A stretch of 64,000 bases of DNA from Podarcis filfolensis (taxonomy: Eukaryota). Positions within the stretch are counted from its first letter, which is position 1. Every line of letters starts with the position of its first letter. This document shows, piece by piece, positions 25,661-39,015 of this stretch. The notes beneath the pieces are model-generated. The model worked only from the letters and a program-made list of their open reading frames with translations, was not told where the DNA came from and searched no databases. The stretch lies in NCBI GenBank assembly GCA_964270895.1, contig OZ185435.1; one strand, 5' to 3'. The translations under genes and the position numbers were made by a program.

Positions 25661-25864
25661 ATGCATTGGTGTATCCTACCACTGCAAGCAGATGAAAACA
25701 ATGGCATGATTCGAATAACACTTGTAATGTAACAATCAATATGGGCAATATGGACAGATACAAAAATGGATTATGAAATAATATGCAATTGAACATGTTG
25801 GCAATAAGACCCATGGAGGGGATGATGGGAAGTCTGGAGATTCGGAGAAATCTCTAAATGTGGG

Positions 25865-26665
25865 TGTCAGAGCTACCCTAGGTCCCAGCTCACAAAGGAC
25901 CAACGCTGCTTCGTTGTTAAGTATAAAAGTCTTTATTGAAGTTCAGTTTCACTTCCAGAGCCGCAGCGCGCAGCCCCACGTCCAAAGTCTCAGACCACTG
26001 ATGCTCCGTCTGAGTCTCCTCCCCCTTGACACCAATTTAAGAGTCTAGCCTTGCTCCACCTTCTCCGCTGCTCCTTCCTCCTCTGGGTCCGCCTGCCCGC
26101 CGGGGTTCCGCCCTTTCTAGCCTCTTCTCCCGCTGATTCCCCTGAGCCTTCTCCCTCCCTCCGGCGGGCTTTAGGAGCAGGTTCCCCATCCGGGTCTCCT
26201 GCTGTTCCGCGCGCCTGCACATTTGAACTTGGCGCGCGCGCCCAGCCAGCAGCTTTCCTCCTGACCGTTCCACTGCTGCTGTCACTGCTTCCCCCATCGG
26301 GGGGGCTAGCTGCAACTGACCTCCCCTCCGTTGGAGGCGTGGTCAGCCCTGACTCCCTCTCTGGAGGAGACACTGCTCCTGACACATGTGACTCCTCCCC
26401 CCCACTACGCTCTGGTGGGGAAACTGGTCCTGATCCTCCACTGCTGCTTTGGGGTTCCCCTCTGGCTCCTTGTTTCTGGTGCGTCCCCCCTGGGACCCCC
26501 CTTGCCCTGACCATCGGCGCCCCCTTCTGGGAATCTTCTGATTCGCTGGAGAAGCTCATGGAATCTCTCGGGCCACTGTCATACTCCCCTACGCTGCCCT
26601 CGGATTCTTCCCCTTCGCTCTCCCAATCCTCTCTCCCCAGTGCTCCTGCTCCTGATTCCCTGACA
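25865..26665 (-). mobile_element. Solo LTR (801 bp), probably Gypsy-like
   Basis: TGTCAG...CTGACA termini; perfect 5-bp TSD gtggg (25860-25864, 26666-26670); AATAAA on minus at 25932-25937. Confidence 0.85.
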
Positions 26666-27796
26666 GTGGGTATTTACTTGGCATTGTTATAACTCCACAC
26701 TTGTAAAATAAAATAAAAATCATTTTCAAAAAAAGAGAAAAATGCATTGGCGTATCCTGAAGCATTTTCTAAATGCCTCAAACATCAGTATTTATTCTTT
26801 CAGTTTCTAAAATCTAATAGAGTGATCTAATAAAAAAAATAGTAACAATAATTTGCTCATTCACTTCTTGTCTGTTTGCAATGTTTTGCCTTCAGCTGCA
26901 TTTTATCAGAAAGATGAATAAACTAAAGAAGTAGGGAGAAGAAACAAACCCTAATACCATGGAGATGGTTTTGAAGAGAGAGGGTAAATTTTCAGAGACT
27001 TTTCCTAGCTGTTCAGCATGGATCTTACATTTCTCATTTTGGCTTGTTTATCCATGGCTATGAAGGAATATGTATTCTTGTCTAAGAAAGGTAGGTGTAT
27101 GATAACATGAAATGATTAGGAAGGTAGAGGGGAAAGTAGATATGCTAAGCCAGTGATATCAGATGTTCAGCCAATATGAATTTGAGAGACTTCACTAACT
27201 TGAAAGAGATTATTGCAGTGGAAGAATTGAACCATTATGCAAAGCTCCTTGATATTCATGCAAATCAACTCATAAGCATCTGCTCATCTTTCTCCAGATC
27301 ACTCTCCACAAATAGCACAATATTTTCCTGGTTTGTGTACCTAGCCATTTAAGTGACACTGGAATTGTTTTTCATCATTTCACTGGAAATCTAGATAATA
27401 TATTTTTTAATCCCCATGGAGGTTACTCTGGTTGTAAAAAGAGATGGCTAGAGTGGGTCAAGATGATTGGACAAGTGTAGCCTGGCAGATTCCCTTTTGT
27501 TGAGAGGATTGTTCCGGATGGGCCCAAACACCTTTGCATGGCCTTCTGGAAGACAGCATGCCTTTCTTCCCAGAATTTCCATCTCCCTGTGGGGGATGAT
27601 GTCACCAAGCTGGTGATGAAATTCAGAAAGGGACTGGAAGAGAGACAAAAGCTGTGTCCACACTAGGGTGTCAATGTGTATGTGGGTCACAATTTCTGTG
27701 TATTCATTTGTGCACCTTTGTCCACCCGTTCTTTCCATTTTTATGCCTCTAAAATCTACCCTCATGTTTCCATCCACTCTAGTGGATCATATAGTA

Positions 27797-27932
27797 CAGG
27801 CATCCTGAAACCCGGCCCTCCAGATGTTTTGGGACTACGATTCCCATCATCCCTGACCACTGGTCCTGTTAGCTAGGGATGATGGGAGTTGTAGTCCCAA
27901 AACATCTGGAGGGCCGAGTTTGGGGATGCCTG
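27797..27932. mobile_element. Palindromic hAT (Buster/Charlie-like) MITE, family of 43-178
   Basis: TIR caggcatcc..aaac / gttt..ggatgcctg; perfect TSD atatagta. Confidence 0.9.
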
Positions 27933-30900
27933 ATATAGTAAGGATGCATTCCTCTGTGTTTTCCCCATCAAGCTTAATTTCTGGAAACTTGAGGTTGATT
28001 GTGGGCATGAAATTATGATCGTGGGTATTGATTTACCTTTACACATACAGCTTTTTAATTTTTTAAGTGCAAGTTTTCTGATATACCAGATTTGTATGAA
28101 AGAGTAGTCTAAAAACATAAAAAATAAATAAATAATGTGTGTCACTCCAAACCAGGAAACCTGAGAACTGTTGTGGGCATGTCAGTGAGCAAGGGGTTGC
28201 ACTAGATTACCTTTTTTGCTCCTTCCAATTCCATGAATTCTATGATCCCATGGCATATTTTTGAAATGCATTTTTTTTCAATATACCAGATTTGCACAAA
28301 AGAGCAGTATTTATATAGCTTCAAGCTAGGCAATGATTTGCTCATATGTAAAGATGCTACTTCTTTTCCTCCCCTTCCCTGCCTCCTGTACCTGCAAGAG
28401 CAAATTTTATTTTTTTAATACAGCTGTTTTGTGCAAGATCAGTTCTGAAGAATAGAGCTGTTTTAGAAATAAGAATAAAAATACTGTGAATATGCCTTCA
28501 GCAACAAATGGTAGAAAAAGGAAGACCACATCCTTTCCTTTGAGCTGATGAAACAAAATGGAAGTGGGAGATTCAGCAGTAGATGACTTCCACTGAAACA
28601 TTAGCATATATGCACTTCAGTTTGTCCACAGTTGGGTAGTGTGATTTTTATAAGGGGTTTTTGGTTCCTTGTTGGATTTTCTGAGGATTGGGACAATCTG
28701 AATTTAGCAATGGAATGGGCTACCACTTGGAGGAGGAGGAGGAGGAGGAGGAGGATGTTGTATGGCTGCCACTCCAAAAATAGAGGCACAGCTGCTTCAA
28801 ATCCACATTGAAGTCCAGTGTGGACGAGTTTAGGGCTTCTCTGCAAAAACCATAAGGTACTGGTGGGATGAGCAAAGTTTTTCTGTGTGTGATTATTGCT
28901 GTGAAATCCCACCTCTCTGTAAATAAAGCAGGTATCACAAAACACCAGCAGTATTCCTATTATCTGGTTCCAAAGGAAGTAAACCAGGGTGGGGGACCTC
29001 TCCAGATGCTGTTGGACTGCATCTCATTGATCATTATCAATGCTACCGGGGAGGAAGGGGACTGACAGGACTTGGGAGTCCACCATCTGCAGAGCCATCC
29101 TTGAAATAGACTTACTGCAAACTCAGTGCTCAAATAATCAGGGTTCACGTGTGTTTTTTCCTAAGCCAGTGCAGCCTAACTGTTGTCAAAGGGCTTGTAT
29201 TATTTTGCAATATTTTCATCAGGTGTCCAGGAATTATTCTGCTAGATTTCACAAGCAAGCATCTGCAAAGACAATGAACAGATCAGAGCAGCATGACTTT
29301 ACCTCTTGTGCGCATTGGCACTTTACAACAGCTGATAATGTATAATAATTTTCCTGAGCATACACTCTTGAGCCTTATTGTTAATCAAGGAGCAGAGAAC
29401 TTCATCTGATTCTGCTGCCTCCTGTCCCAAGTCAGATTTCCCCATCTCCAATAATCTTTTGTTTTGTTGGGGCAGCCTTTTATGTCTCCTTGAGCATCAG
29501 TTATTACCTTGTGGGGATGGTATTTTTATATGTGCAAGGCACAGCAGGAATTAAACTAATCCCCAACAACGATAATTTAGCACCTTTGACAAAATGCATG
29601 CTAGTGGAGCCACACCAGTACAAGGATGATAACAGATGCCCCGAGTTCCAACGGCACCATTAATTTCAAAGCTCTCTGTAGGACTCAGGTGTTATTAGTT
29701 GCTTTGAATAAAGAGGGGTGGGAAGACAGTTCAGAATAATCTCTGGAAATCATGCAACTATATGGGAATTAACTAATTTTGCGTAAAGAAACTCTTTTGA
29801 TTCTCCACCCACCCTTCCAGAATTTCTTTAGGAGTGTTGTTGAAACAATAGGTATCCATAGGATAAACAAGGAGAGGGCCATAATTTTAAAGATATGAGA
29901 GCAGATTCAAAAATAGAGGCAAAATTGTGGGCAAACATAATTACAAAAGATTAACAACCACTCCAGGTGTGTTTCTCAAGCAGTGAGAAAAATCAATTCC
30001 TTGTTCCAAGCCAGTATTTTACAGCTCCCCTAGTTAATCACAAACTGCCCATCTCTGGACTACACTGAAGGGTAAAGGAGGACTGCTCCAGGGTGTATTT
30101 GTTCTGCATCTAGATTCTCATTCTTAGGCCCCACAACTGCTGCAAAATGCATGAGAACAATCCTAACCCCTGACCCAGGCTGCAGAGGAGGGGTATAGGT
30201 TCCCTCCGCTGGTTTCCACCAGCACATGGGTTGGGGGTTGGTTGCACCTGCTGAGAGTGCAATCTGTTGATAAGGTGCCACTCATGTTAGCGGTAGATAG
30301 TATTGTCCGTTTGCATTTCTTAGTGCAGAAAGTATTGATCTGATGTGTAGAGATCTTTCCTATTCTAATTAATTCAAGAGGGTTCTGGAAGCTTCTCTGT
30401 GTGAAAGAAACAAGCAGAAGGTTCATGATGTTTGGGTTATTCTTTCAGAGAAGCTGAGTACAACTGGCTTAAACTGGTTCAGTCATCTCTTCAGTCAAGG
30501 TCATGCTGACTATAAAAGTAGGGCCAGAAGGAGCCTGGGTTTCACTTTGTCTTTCTGTCTCTTTCCTTCTGGTGTGGTGTTCTGTACATATTATGCCTAG
30601 TGTTAAGGTTTAGACTTATTATAAGTTATTGTAAGTTTAAGTTAAGTCTGCTGCAACTGGATTTCATATGGACAATGTCAGTCCTGAATGCATTGGATTT
30701 GTGACCATTATGCTAATTTGCCTTCAGTAGTGGTAAAGCTCTGCTAGATGAAATTTAATTGCCTCTGGTCTATTTTTGGGAATCCCACAACGTGTTTAAG
30801 TTTTTACTCTTCTAATTATACATTGGGACCTACTGTGGATGAATATTGAGTAGAATTTCAATGACAAGTATAAGGCCCCAAAATGAGGTGGAATGGGGAG

Positions 30901-32235
30901 GGGCAGGACTGGCCAAGGGTCGGCTGGATTTTAAGCTAGTCCAGCATTCAGCAAACTTTTTTTAAAGAAAGATATCCTCTCCCCCAGACAGTGTGAGTGG
31001 CAGGGTTTCAGATGTACCTCTTATTTTCAGCCTCATTGTTCTCCGTCTGGGACTTGGGACTAAGGAACAACTAGGGTGCAGAACTGCTTCCAGTTCCCGT
31101 AACTGGCAGTTTACAAAATATTTAAGACAATCACTGCCAAACAACTTCAAAAAGGAACACATGGACTGCTCTAAATTGATCATAGTTGAGGCTAGTATTA
31201 TATGTTGGCTGGCCAAATCACATTTCCATACTCTAGATGCCTCTCTGCTACCACAAAGAAGCATTTAGATAGAACACTTTGCATGAGTGAATTGTACTCA
31301 GAAAGTCAGCCTATGAATATTTGAAATGCAGGGAAAAGCAGTAAGCAGAGGGTGTCACGACCCAGACATCACATGCTATGCAGCAGAGGACTCTGAGGAG
31401 AACAAGGCTCTGGCTCTGGTCTTGGATGAAGACCTACCAGAACTGTCTTCAGGAGCTTCACTTCTTCCTGATGCTGCTGACTCCTCAAAAAACCCTGACA
31501 ACCCTTGGAAATATGTCTTGACCACATGATGTTTAGTTCTGGACTGACAAATATTTAGAAATTGAGTGCACCACAGCAAGCTTCAGGTGCATTCCCCGAT
31601 AAAGGGGCTGAGTGGAATGTCAAACAATAAGAAGAAACGTACAGCTGAATGTGGGATTTGATTCCTGAAGTGTGTCGAGATAGACTCTTATCAAGGGAAT
31701 CTGTAGAAAACAATACAAAATACATACTGAAAGGATACAAAATGACATATTGTAAAAAGACAACTCCAGAAATAATTGTATCGAACAATCTCTCACAAGA
31801 AAGCCCTAAAAACAACGGTAAACTTATTTCCAGCATTAAGCCACAATGCATAAAGCTTTTTAAAAAAGGAGTCAATTTTCCTATTCCTGGAATTACTGAC
31901 AGCAGGCTACATTCATTACTTTAAATCTCTAATACTTTCAAAACTCCCTTGTAACTAATACATTTGATATCAACTACCATTATGCAGCGGTTAAAGGAAA
32001 CCACCTAGAAAATTTCCTGGAAAATTCATTAAGGCCACAGCAGGTCATGACTATTGTGAGATGAATGTGAAAAGTAGAATCAGGAAGCCATGGAAAAGCA
32101 CCAAAGAAAGCCAGTCTTTTCTCTTGACCGCTCTGAGAAGCTACTCATGACGAAAGCAGCAAAGGGTCTTGTGGCAAGTAACACATTTATGATGGCATAT
32201 GCATCTGTGGACTGCAATCAGCTTCATCACAGTCG

Positions 32236-32400
32236 CATAGGAATGTAGGAAGCTGCCTCATACCATTGGTCCAGCTAACTCAGTATTGTCTACACTGACT
32301 GGCAGCAGCTCTCCAGGCAGAAGTCTCTCCTAGCCCTACCTGGAGATGCCGGGGATTGAACCTGGGACCCTTTGCATACACGGCAGATTGTGTTCCATAT
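32236..32400 (-). mobile_element. tRNA-derived SINE with CR1-like tail (possibly Squam2 family)
   Basis: Antisense B-box ggggattgaacctgggacc and cataggaatgtaggaagctgcc tail; same family at 42445 and 48388. Confidence 0.65.
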
Positions 32401-32501
32401 TGCCAAATACTAGAAACTGTCTTCTCTCTGCACTTCTGTAAGTTAATTCCAGAAGGCCATGAGACATCCAAGCAGGGCCTCCTCCAGAAGCTGAGGCTGG
32501 C

Positions 32502-33009
32502 CAGGGGCGAAGGAAGGCATCGTAACACCCAGAGCAGGCATCATGACGTAGAGCACATGTGCGGTATCGCTACGTATAACGCATGCGTCATACGTAGCGA
32601 CGCCGCACATGCGCCATATAGCGGTTTGCTGCCAGCGCCACTCCAGCGCCGTACGGACAGTGCCAGGATCCCTCCGACGCCGCTACAGCCGCGAGCAGAG
32701 GATCCTGGCACCGTCCGTACAGCACTGAAGCGGTGCTGGTGGAAAATCTCTAAGTACAACGCATGTGCAGCGTTGCTACATACAGCGCATGTGTGCGACG
32801 CCGCACATGCGCTGTACTTAGCGGTTTGCTGCTGGCACCAGGATCCTCTGCTCACGGCTGCAGCCGTGAACGGAGGATCCTCCAAAGGCTGCTGCAGCTG
32901 CGCGATGGCTGCTTGCACCGCCGCGAGCCCCAGCGGGCTGACTTCTTGTCACCCCTGTAGGCATGGAACCCGGGGCGTACCGTCCCCGCCCCCCGTTGCG
33001 ATGCCACTG
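32502..33009. mobile_element. GC-rich hAT-like MITE with an internal palindrome array
   Basis: Termini caggggcg / tgccactg; flanks aggctggc / aggctagt (6 of 8 match); four internal palindromes. Confidence 0.55.
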
Positions 33010-36000
33010 AGGCTAGTGGCAGGTCTGCCTGACCCTCGTAAGGCCTTCTGGTCCTAACTGGAGATTGGCAGGTGGGGCTGCTGTCTCTGCTCAACAATCC
33101 TGGTGCCAGAGCTACATAAAGTGTTGTGTTCACCTGGCCAAGCTCCTGCTGAGCTCTGCAACTGTTTCCCATCTCTCTCCCTCTCTCTCTCCCTCTTCCT
33201 GACAGAGAGGGAAAGAACAACTCCAGAGTAACATTAGGTTCATGGGGGACTGCCAGGAAACCTCTGAGCAGCAGTATCAGTTTTCAGGGTACAGCTAGAA
33301 GGTGGGGAAGAGTTTTCTGTGCATTTGCAGTGGGCCACTTGCGTAGTTGCTCAGGAGAAAGAACTGGAAGGATGAGGAAAATGGCAGAGTACTACTAGCC
33401 CAGGGAAATCTAGTGGGCAGCCTCCAGAATATTGTCTCGTATAAGTGAAGGCTGCATTTAGGAGACTGGCCCCTTCCATGAAGAAAAGTGGTGTTTCAAC
33501 ATCATACAGTTTCTTCAGGTTTTTCACCACATCCATATCTTACTTGCTTCCTCTCTGAATTTTCCATTGTCAGCTGGAAATACATTTCCCAAAATGACTT
33601 AGGCTGATCTTCCACAGAATTTGCCCTCCTTTTCTCTTCAGTTTTGAATGGAGGCGTTACAAGACACAATGTGCAGCTGGCATTGTTACAATTAAGGTTT
33701 TTCGCAGCATCCTAAAAAATCACCGTCAAGTTGTGAAGAAAGTAGGTATAACAGAGAGATTTGTGTTCTTTCTCACTGAATGCTGCCCACACAATCATCA
33801 CACATTCTCCTCTGGCAAGATGCCCTCAAGATGGCAAAGTATACATTCAATAGTGGGTAGAAGTGACAGCCACCTTGTTGGTCTGTGCCAAAGCACATCT
33901 TTGTATGTATTCCATTTTTACAAACTCAAACAAAGAACAAAAGAATTTCTATCTTCTTTTCTGGGGAGGAACACCCACCTGAAGGACAAGGATTTCTACA
34001 TCAAAACTCAACATCTTCATCCTATGATGGAGGGAATTATGGATTCTATGATATTTGCATTCCATTTGTATCAGGTGGTCATTAAGTTGTTTTAGTTTCT
34101 GATACACTTGGTACATTTTTCCTGGCACTACTCACCAGTACACAGTACCAGCACCTTTCCCCTCACCCTGGAGATGCTCCACAAGGAGTGCAAGAGTGGG
34201 TGGCACAGCTTGTGATACACTTCCCCCACCATGCAGTGCGCTCTGCTGCTGGTCATGTGCACCCTGGTCGCCTCAGTGGTGGTTCTCACAATGGTTATGG
34301 CAGGCGCAGGTGCTGCCAGCGAGGACTGAAAACCGTTTTTTTCCTAGAAAAAAAGAAAATGGATACACTCAATTGGTATCCAGCATCTGGTGGGTGGGCC
34401 CAACTAGCACCCACAGTGGCTTGTCAGATCTCCAGGATCGGTCTCAGGAGATTCCTGGGGATCAAGGTCAGTTCCTGGAGACTCCAGGCCAAACCTGGAG
34501 GGTTAGCAACCTGAAGGTGCATGGTCTGCTGCAGCCTAATGTTAGCACCTCAAGGATGTGGGGTCAGGAGAATCTTCCTCACACATGAAACCTGAGAACA
34601 AAGAAGTTGGCACACATTTTTTGTTGTTTTGGAGTGACGCATACCTAGACGTTTCAGAATCCATTCCCCTGCCCTCTCTTTAATCCTGTAGGTTTTATTC
34701 ACATGTCTGCTCCATTTGGTCCCTTTTCTTTAATGATAAACAGCCTGTGCAATTGCTTGAGTCAATAGAGTTTAAAATATTGCTTGCAATCTGATGGCAG
34801 ATGAGCTGTGGTGTAAACTGTTCATTCATCTCGCCCACTGGGGTCAAGTGTAAGTAGCCAGTTGGGAAATGATCTCAAACCTACTACATCATTTTATCTG
34901 AAGTACTGCTGACCTATGGGTGGCAAAATGTCAGGGTCAGCAAAATCTAAAAAATAAAAAAGTCTGTAGAACTATGGAAGAAACCTGATGAGAAGATTGT
35001 CTAATGTAAAAAGTGCACAGTTAATTTCCAATTCCCAGTGCACGTTCTTCCATCTGTCACATCAGCTTTCATTAATTGCTGAGTTTATGAAACTATATCT
35101 TGCTCTTACTACATTGTACTAATTGTTCTACTTGGAAGGAAAGGAAGGGAAAGCTCTCTCTCTTGGGTTAATTTTCCACTTCTTTTGCATTTTGTCTGGA
35201 GGGGATTAACAATAGAACCCAAAGGCTGCACTAAAGCAGTTTCCCAAAGCTCAGTACAGTGCCAAATAAACAAGGAGAGAGGAGAGAGAGAATATTATAT
35301 CAAGGGTAGATTGGGTCACAAATCTGGGTTACAAAAGCCCATTAGGAGATATACTCAACTTATGGACTACTTCAGGAGGTAGCCAAAGTGGTGCCCTCTG
35401 GAGCCCATTGAACTACAACTTCCATCATCCTTGACCATGTTGGTTGGGGCTGATGGAAGTTGCAGTCCATCAACATCTGGAGAGCAACACACCAGCTAGC
35501 CTTGCACTACATGAACAGATGCACATACATAGATACAATCACCACTGCTATGATGTAGTTCTAAGTAGTGTTTTCTTTCCCCTGCTGGAATGCTCTGCTA
35601 CAGAGGACTGTGCCAGCACCTTTACTCTGGCCACTGTTGCCCACCAGGCACATGGAGCTGGTGATAGGTGCTTCCTTTGACCTGTGCAGGGGCTTCTGAA
35701 AAGAGAGTCAAGCAGTGTGACTCAGGCCATTGCTGCCTGCCAGCCAGGTGGAGCTCACGGTGGGTCCTGCCTTAAAAAAAAAAATGTCTGGGGAGAGAAG
35801 GAAGGGGTGGTGGGGGTGCACACTCAGGCAGGTGGCAGGTGCCTCTTTTGCCCCATGCTGGGTTAGCAGGAGTGGGGGGAAGTGGGGGTGGGTGAGAATT
35901 AGAGGAAGTTTCCCCACATGCTCGGGATGCTGGTGTCTGCTTGCCTGCTGGGGCTGATAGGAGTCTAATAGCACCTGAGATACTCTTGCCCCACTTACCT

Positions 36001-37348
36001 ATGCTTTGCTAACCTCCAGATTGGATTGCTTAATGCACTCTGTGGGGCACTCCACCTCCAAGGTTACAACTTGTGGAGAATGTAGTAGCCAGGATGTAAA
36101 CCAGTGCAGTGAGATGGTCCCAAATGGCACTAGTCCTGAGGAAACTGCTATATTGTGTCTGAGCCCAATTAAATGTGTTCATGTTAACCTGAAATGCCCA
36201 AAGTTGACTTGGAGCCAAACTATTGGAAGGAGTGCCTCCTTCCACATTGGAGGGGAATAATAACAGTGGTCATTTTTATTATTTTTAAATTTGTCAGTAG
36301 CTTTATCTTGCCCAGGGCAACCCAAAGCCATTGATAACCAAACAGACAATAAGCCCCACATAGATAATTTAAAACCAAGAGGGAAAACATCCCACCCGTA
36401 TTGATTTATTTACCTTATAGGGTTGTTGTAAAGATTACAAGAAAGTGTAGGTCAAGCACCTTCAGCATTTTGAAATGCTTCATCTAAATGAATTTTGCAA
36501 TTTTTAAGGCCCATTCTAGCTCTCCACTATTATGACTGTAGGGTTTTTACAGCTCAGAATGGAAGCCTGCTAAATTATGTTGCATTACCGCATTCTATTT
36601 TGATCCATGTTGCTTTTAGCATGGCTTTCTTCAACATTCACACATTGTGATGATTCTTGCACTGCCCCAAGCTAGTGTATACTCACTATTTCTGTTTTGC
36701 CCATTAAGTTAAATAAAGCGACGTGCCAATTTTTGCTGCAAAAAGCTGAAATCACATATAGCGGGCCATCCCAGGGCAGAAGAAAATGCCCAACTTGCAC
36801 TGTGATTTCCCACTAAGTAGGATGCTAGAATGGGACTCGGGAGATGCATCTCTTGTTCCTGCTCTACTCAGAACCTGTGTAAGTGTGACCTTAGGCAAAC
36901 CGTTTCCCCTCTTTGCACTTTCACATTGAGCTCTATAATGGGGATAATGGCACATTGCCATTGCTTAGGAAAGTGCTTGAAGTGGATGGAAATCAATATA
37001 TAACAGCCTTTAAAGCCTTCCCTTTAAAGATTCAGATGTTTCCCCAATGACTTACGGAGGCTGTGTGTGTGTTTAAGAAATTTCTCTGCAGACTCTGTGT
37101 GCTCGAGGAAATGTCACATAAGCCCTTCCACTGAGAGTGGCAGCAGTAAGTGGCCTGCATTCTTCTCAGTTTCAGCACCAGCCCAGTATCCTGGGAATCC
37201 AGGTATATGAGAGGCAGATCTGCTACCTGCAGAAACGCTTATTACAGATGCTGCAGCGAAATGTACTCTTAACACTATAATGAAAGAAGCCACACCTGCC
37301 AGTCAGCTGCCTCCCCTACAGCTATTCAAAGGACAGGCATCCCCCACC

Positions 37349-37832
37349 CAGGGGCGTAGCATGGGTTGCTGGTACCTGGGACGGGACAAGTCTTGTGGCC
37401 CCCTGGTGGACTGGCCAGCAGTCAGCCCCTTCGCCGGCCAATGTCTACTCAAGGGAACCTGTCCATGCAAACTAGCCCCAACCTGGGAGAAGTGATAAGG
37501 CAGAGAAATGTGACACCTCCTATCCTTCCAGTGAGGCACTTTGGGCAATGCACCTGGCTCCTGAAGACTTTTCTTTCCTTCCTCCTTGTTGGGTGCCACT
37601 GCTGCTCTCCCTCTCAACTGGCCCAGGGGCGGGGAGTGTGAGGGCCTCCCTTGGCCGGCCATGAGGAGAAGGATGTGTCACTGCACCAGCCTTGAAGGCC
37701 TAGCCCAGGTGCAGCTTGCTTCCCTACGGCTCCAGCCTTGATGAGGGAGCCTGTCGTGGGGGTGTCTGGTTGCACCCCCTCAGAAATTTGTGCCTGGGGC
37801 CATGTCCCCCCTGCCCCCACACTATGCCACTG
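37349..37832. mobile_element. hAT MITE
   Basis: TIR caggggcgtagcatggg / cccacactatgccactg; perfect 8-bp TSD cccccacc. Confidence 0.85.
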
Positions 37833-38965
37833 CCCCCACCCCGCCCCAAGTCTCTGTGCTGCCCCATCACCCACATCAATAATTTCCTCATGTGAATCCT
37901 GTGATGTTAAATAAGCTGACGTTGCCACCGGCATCACCACAATGACAGTGGGCATGAATTCCAAAACTTGCTTGTGTTGTATGAAGAAGTGTTTTCTTCT
38001 CTCTCCCCCCCCCCCCTTTATAGCAAGGTTCATTGCCTGGCTTCTACAAGGTCATTATGGGAATCCACTGTCAGTCAGTTCTGGTGTAGTCATAGTGCTT
38101 TTGCCAAGAGAGCTGCAGAAAGTTTTAGAGTTATAATTTGCCTCTCATAAACAGTGAGTTTCTATCAAAGCTTTAACGATTGGCAGATTTATACACTTTG
38201 AAGAACTTCTTTGTATTTGTTTCGTGTAGGCGTTGGATGAAAAAGGGGTAAAGTGGTTTCTATGTGGAGCGATATACAGTATTATGAGTGAACTGCTCTT
38301 GCAGAAGAACTGTAGGATGCCTTCCAGGCAATTAGCTTCCATCATACAAGATACCTGAATCTTAATTTGTGCTGAGGGCTTTTTGTTGGTTATTTTGCAT
38401 ATGTATAGCACTATGTTAATAGGTGTGTGGCAGTCCTTGCTCCTTGCTCTGTGATTTCCCCCCTTTTTTATTAAGACTCCTGCTGCTTAACAGTCTTGAT
38501 GCACTGCAATAGACCAACCCTTTTATGAAAGCAATGATAATCTGTCTTATATTTATACTTACACGGTGCCTGAAAAATGCTGCTTGAAATTACTGTCAGA
38601 CTTGCATTCCATGAAACTCAAGTCAGAGTGCTGCAATTTCACAATAAAAATGAATTTAGCCCCTGTGAAGAACAGCAACCCAGACCCAGAACTGGCAGCA
38701 TCTGACCTGAAATCTGTGTACCAGACAAGTTTGAAATGCACAGAGCGATGTATCCCAGATCATCCCATTCTGGACTGTCACTTCTCGCACTGTGATGTCC
38801 ACAAATAGGCTTGTCAAATCATAGATTTTTTTAAATAGAAGTGGGTGTTGTTGTTTTTAAATGTTGGGGTTATTTACAGTGTCATTAAGTAATTCAAATC
38901 CAGGGTAATTCAAAGATGGGTGACCAAGATGATCAAGGATCTAGAAACCAAGCCTTATGAGGAAC

Positions 38966-38969
<4 letters not shown>

Positions 38970-39015
<46 letters not shown>

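Noticed and set aside
26051-26692. 213-aa Pro/Ser/Leu-rich plus-strand ORF
   Set aside because: Antisense shadow of the purine-rich LTR frame; low complexity
31353-31500. TGTCA...TGACA mini-LTR
   Set aside because: Only 148 bp and no TSD (flanks are inverted, not direct); at most a decayed remnant
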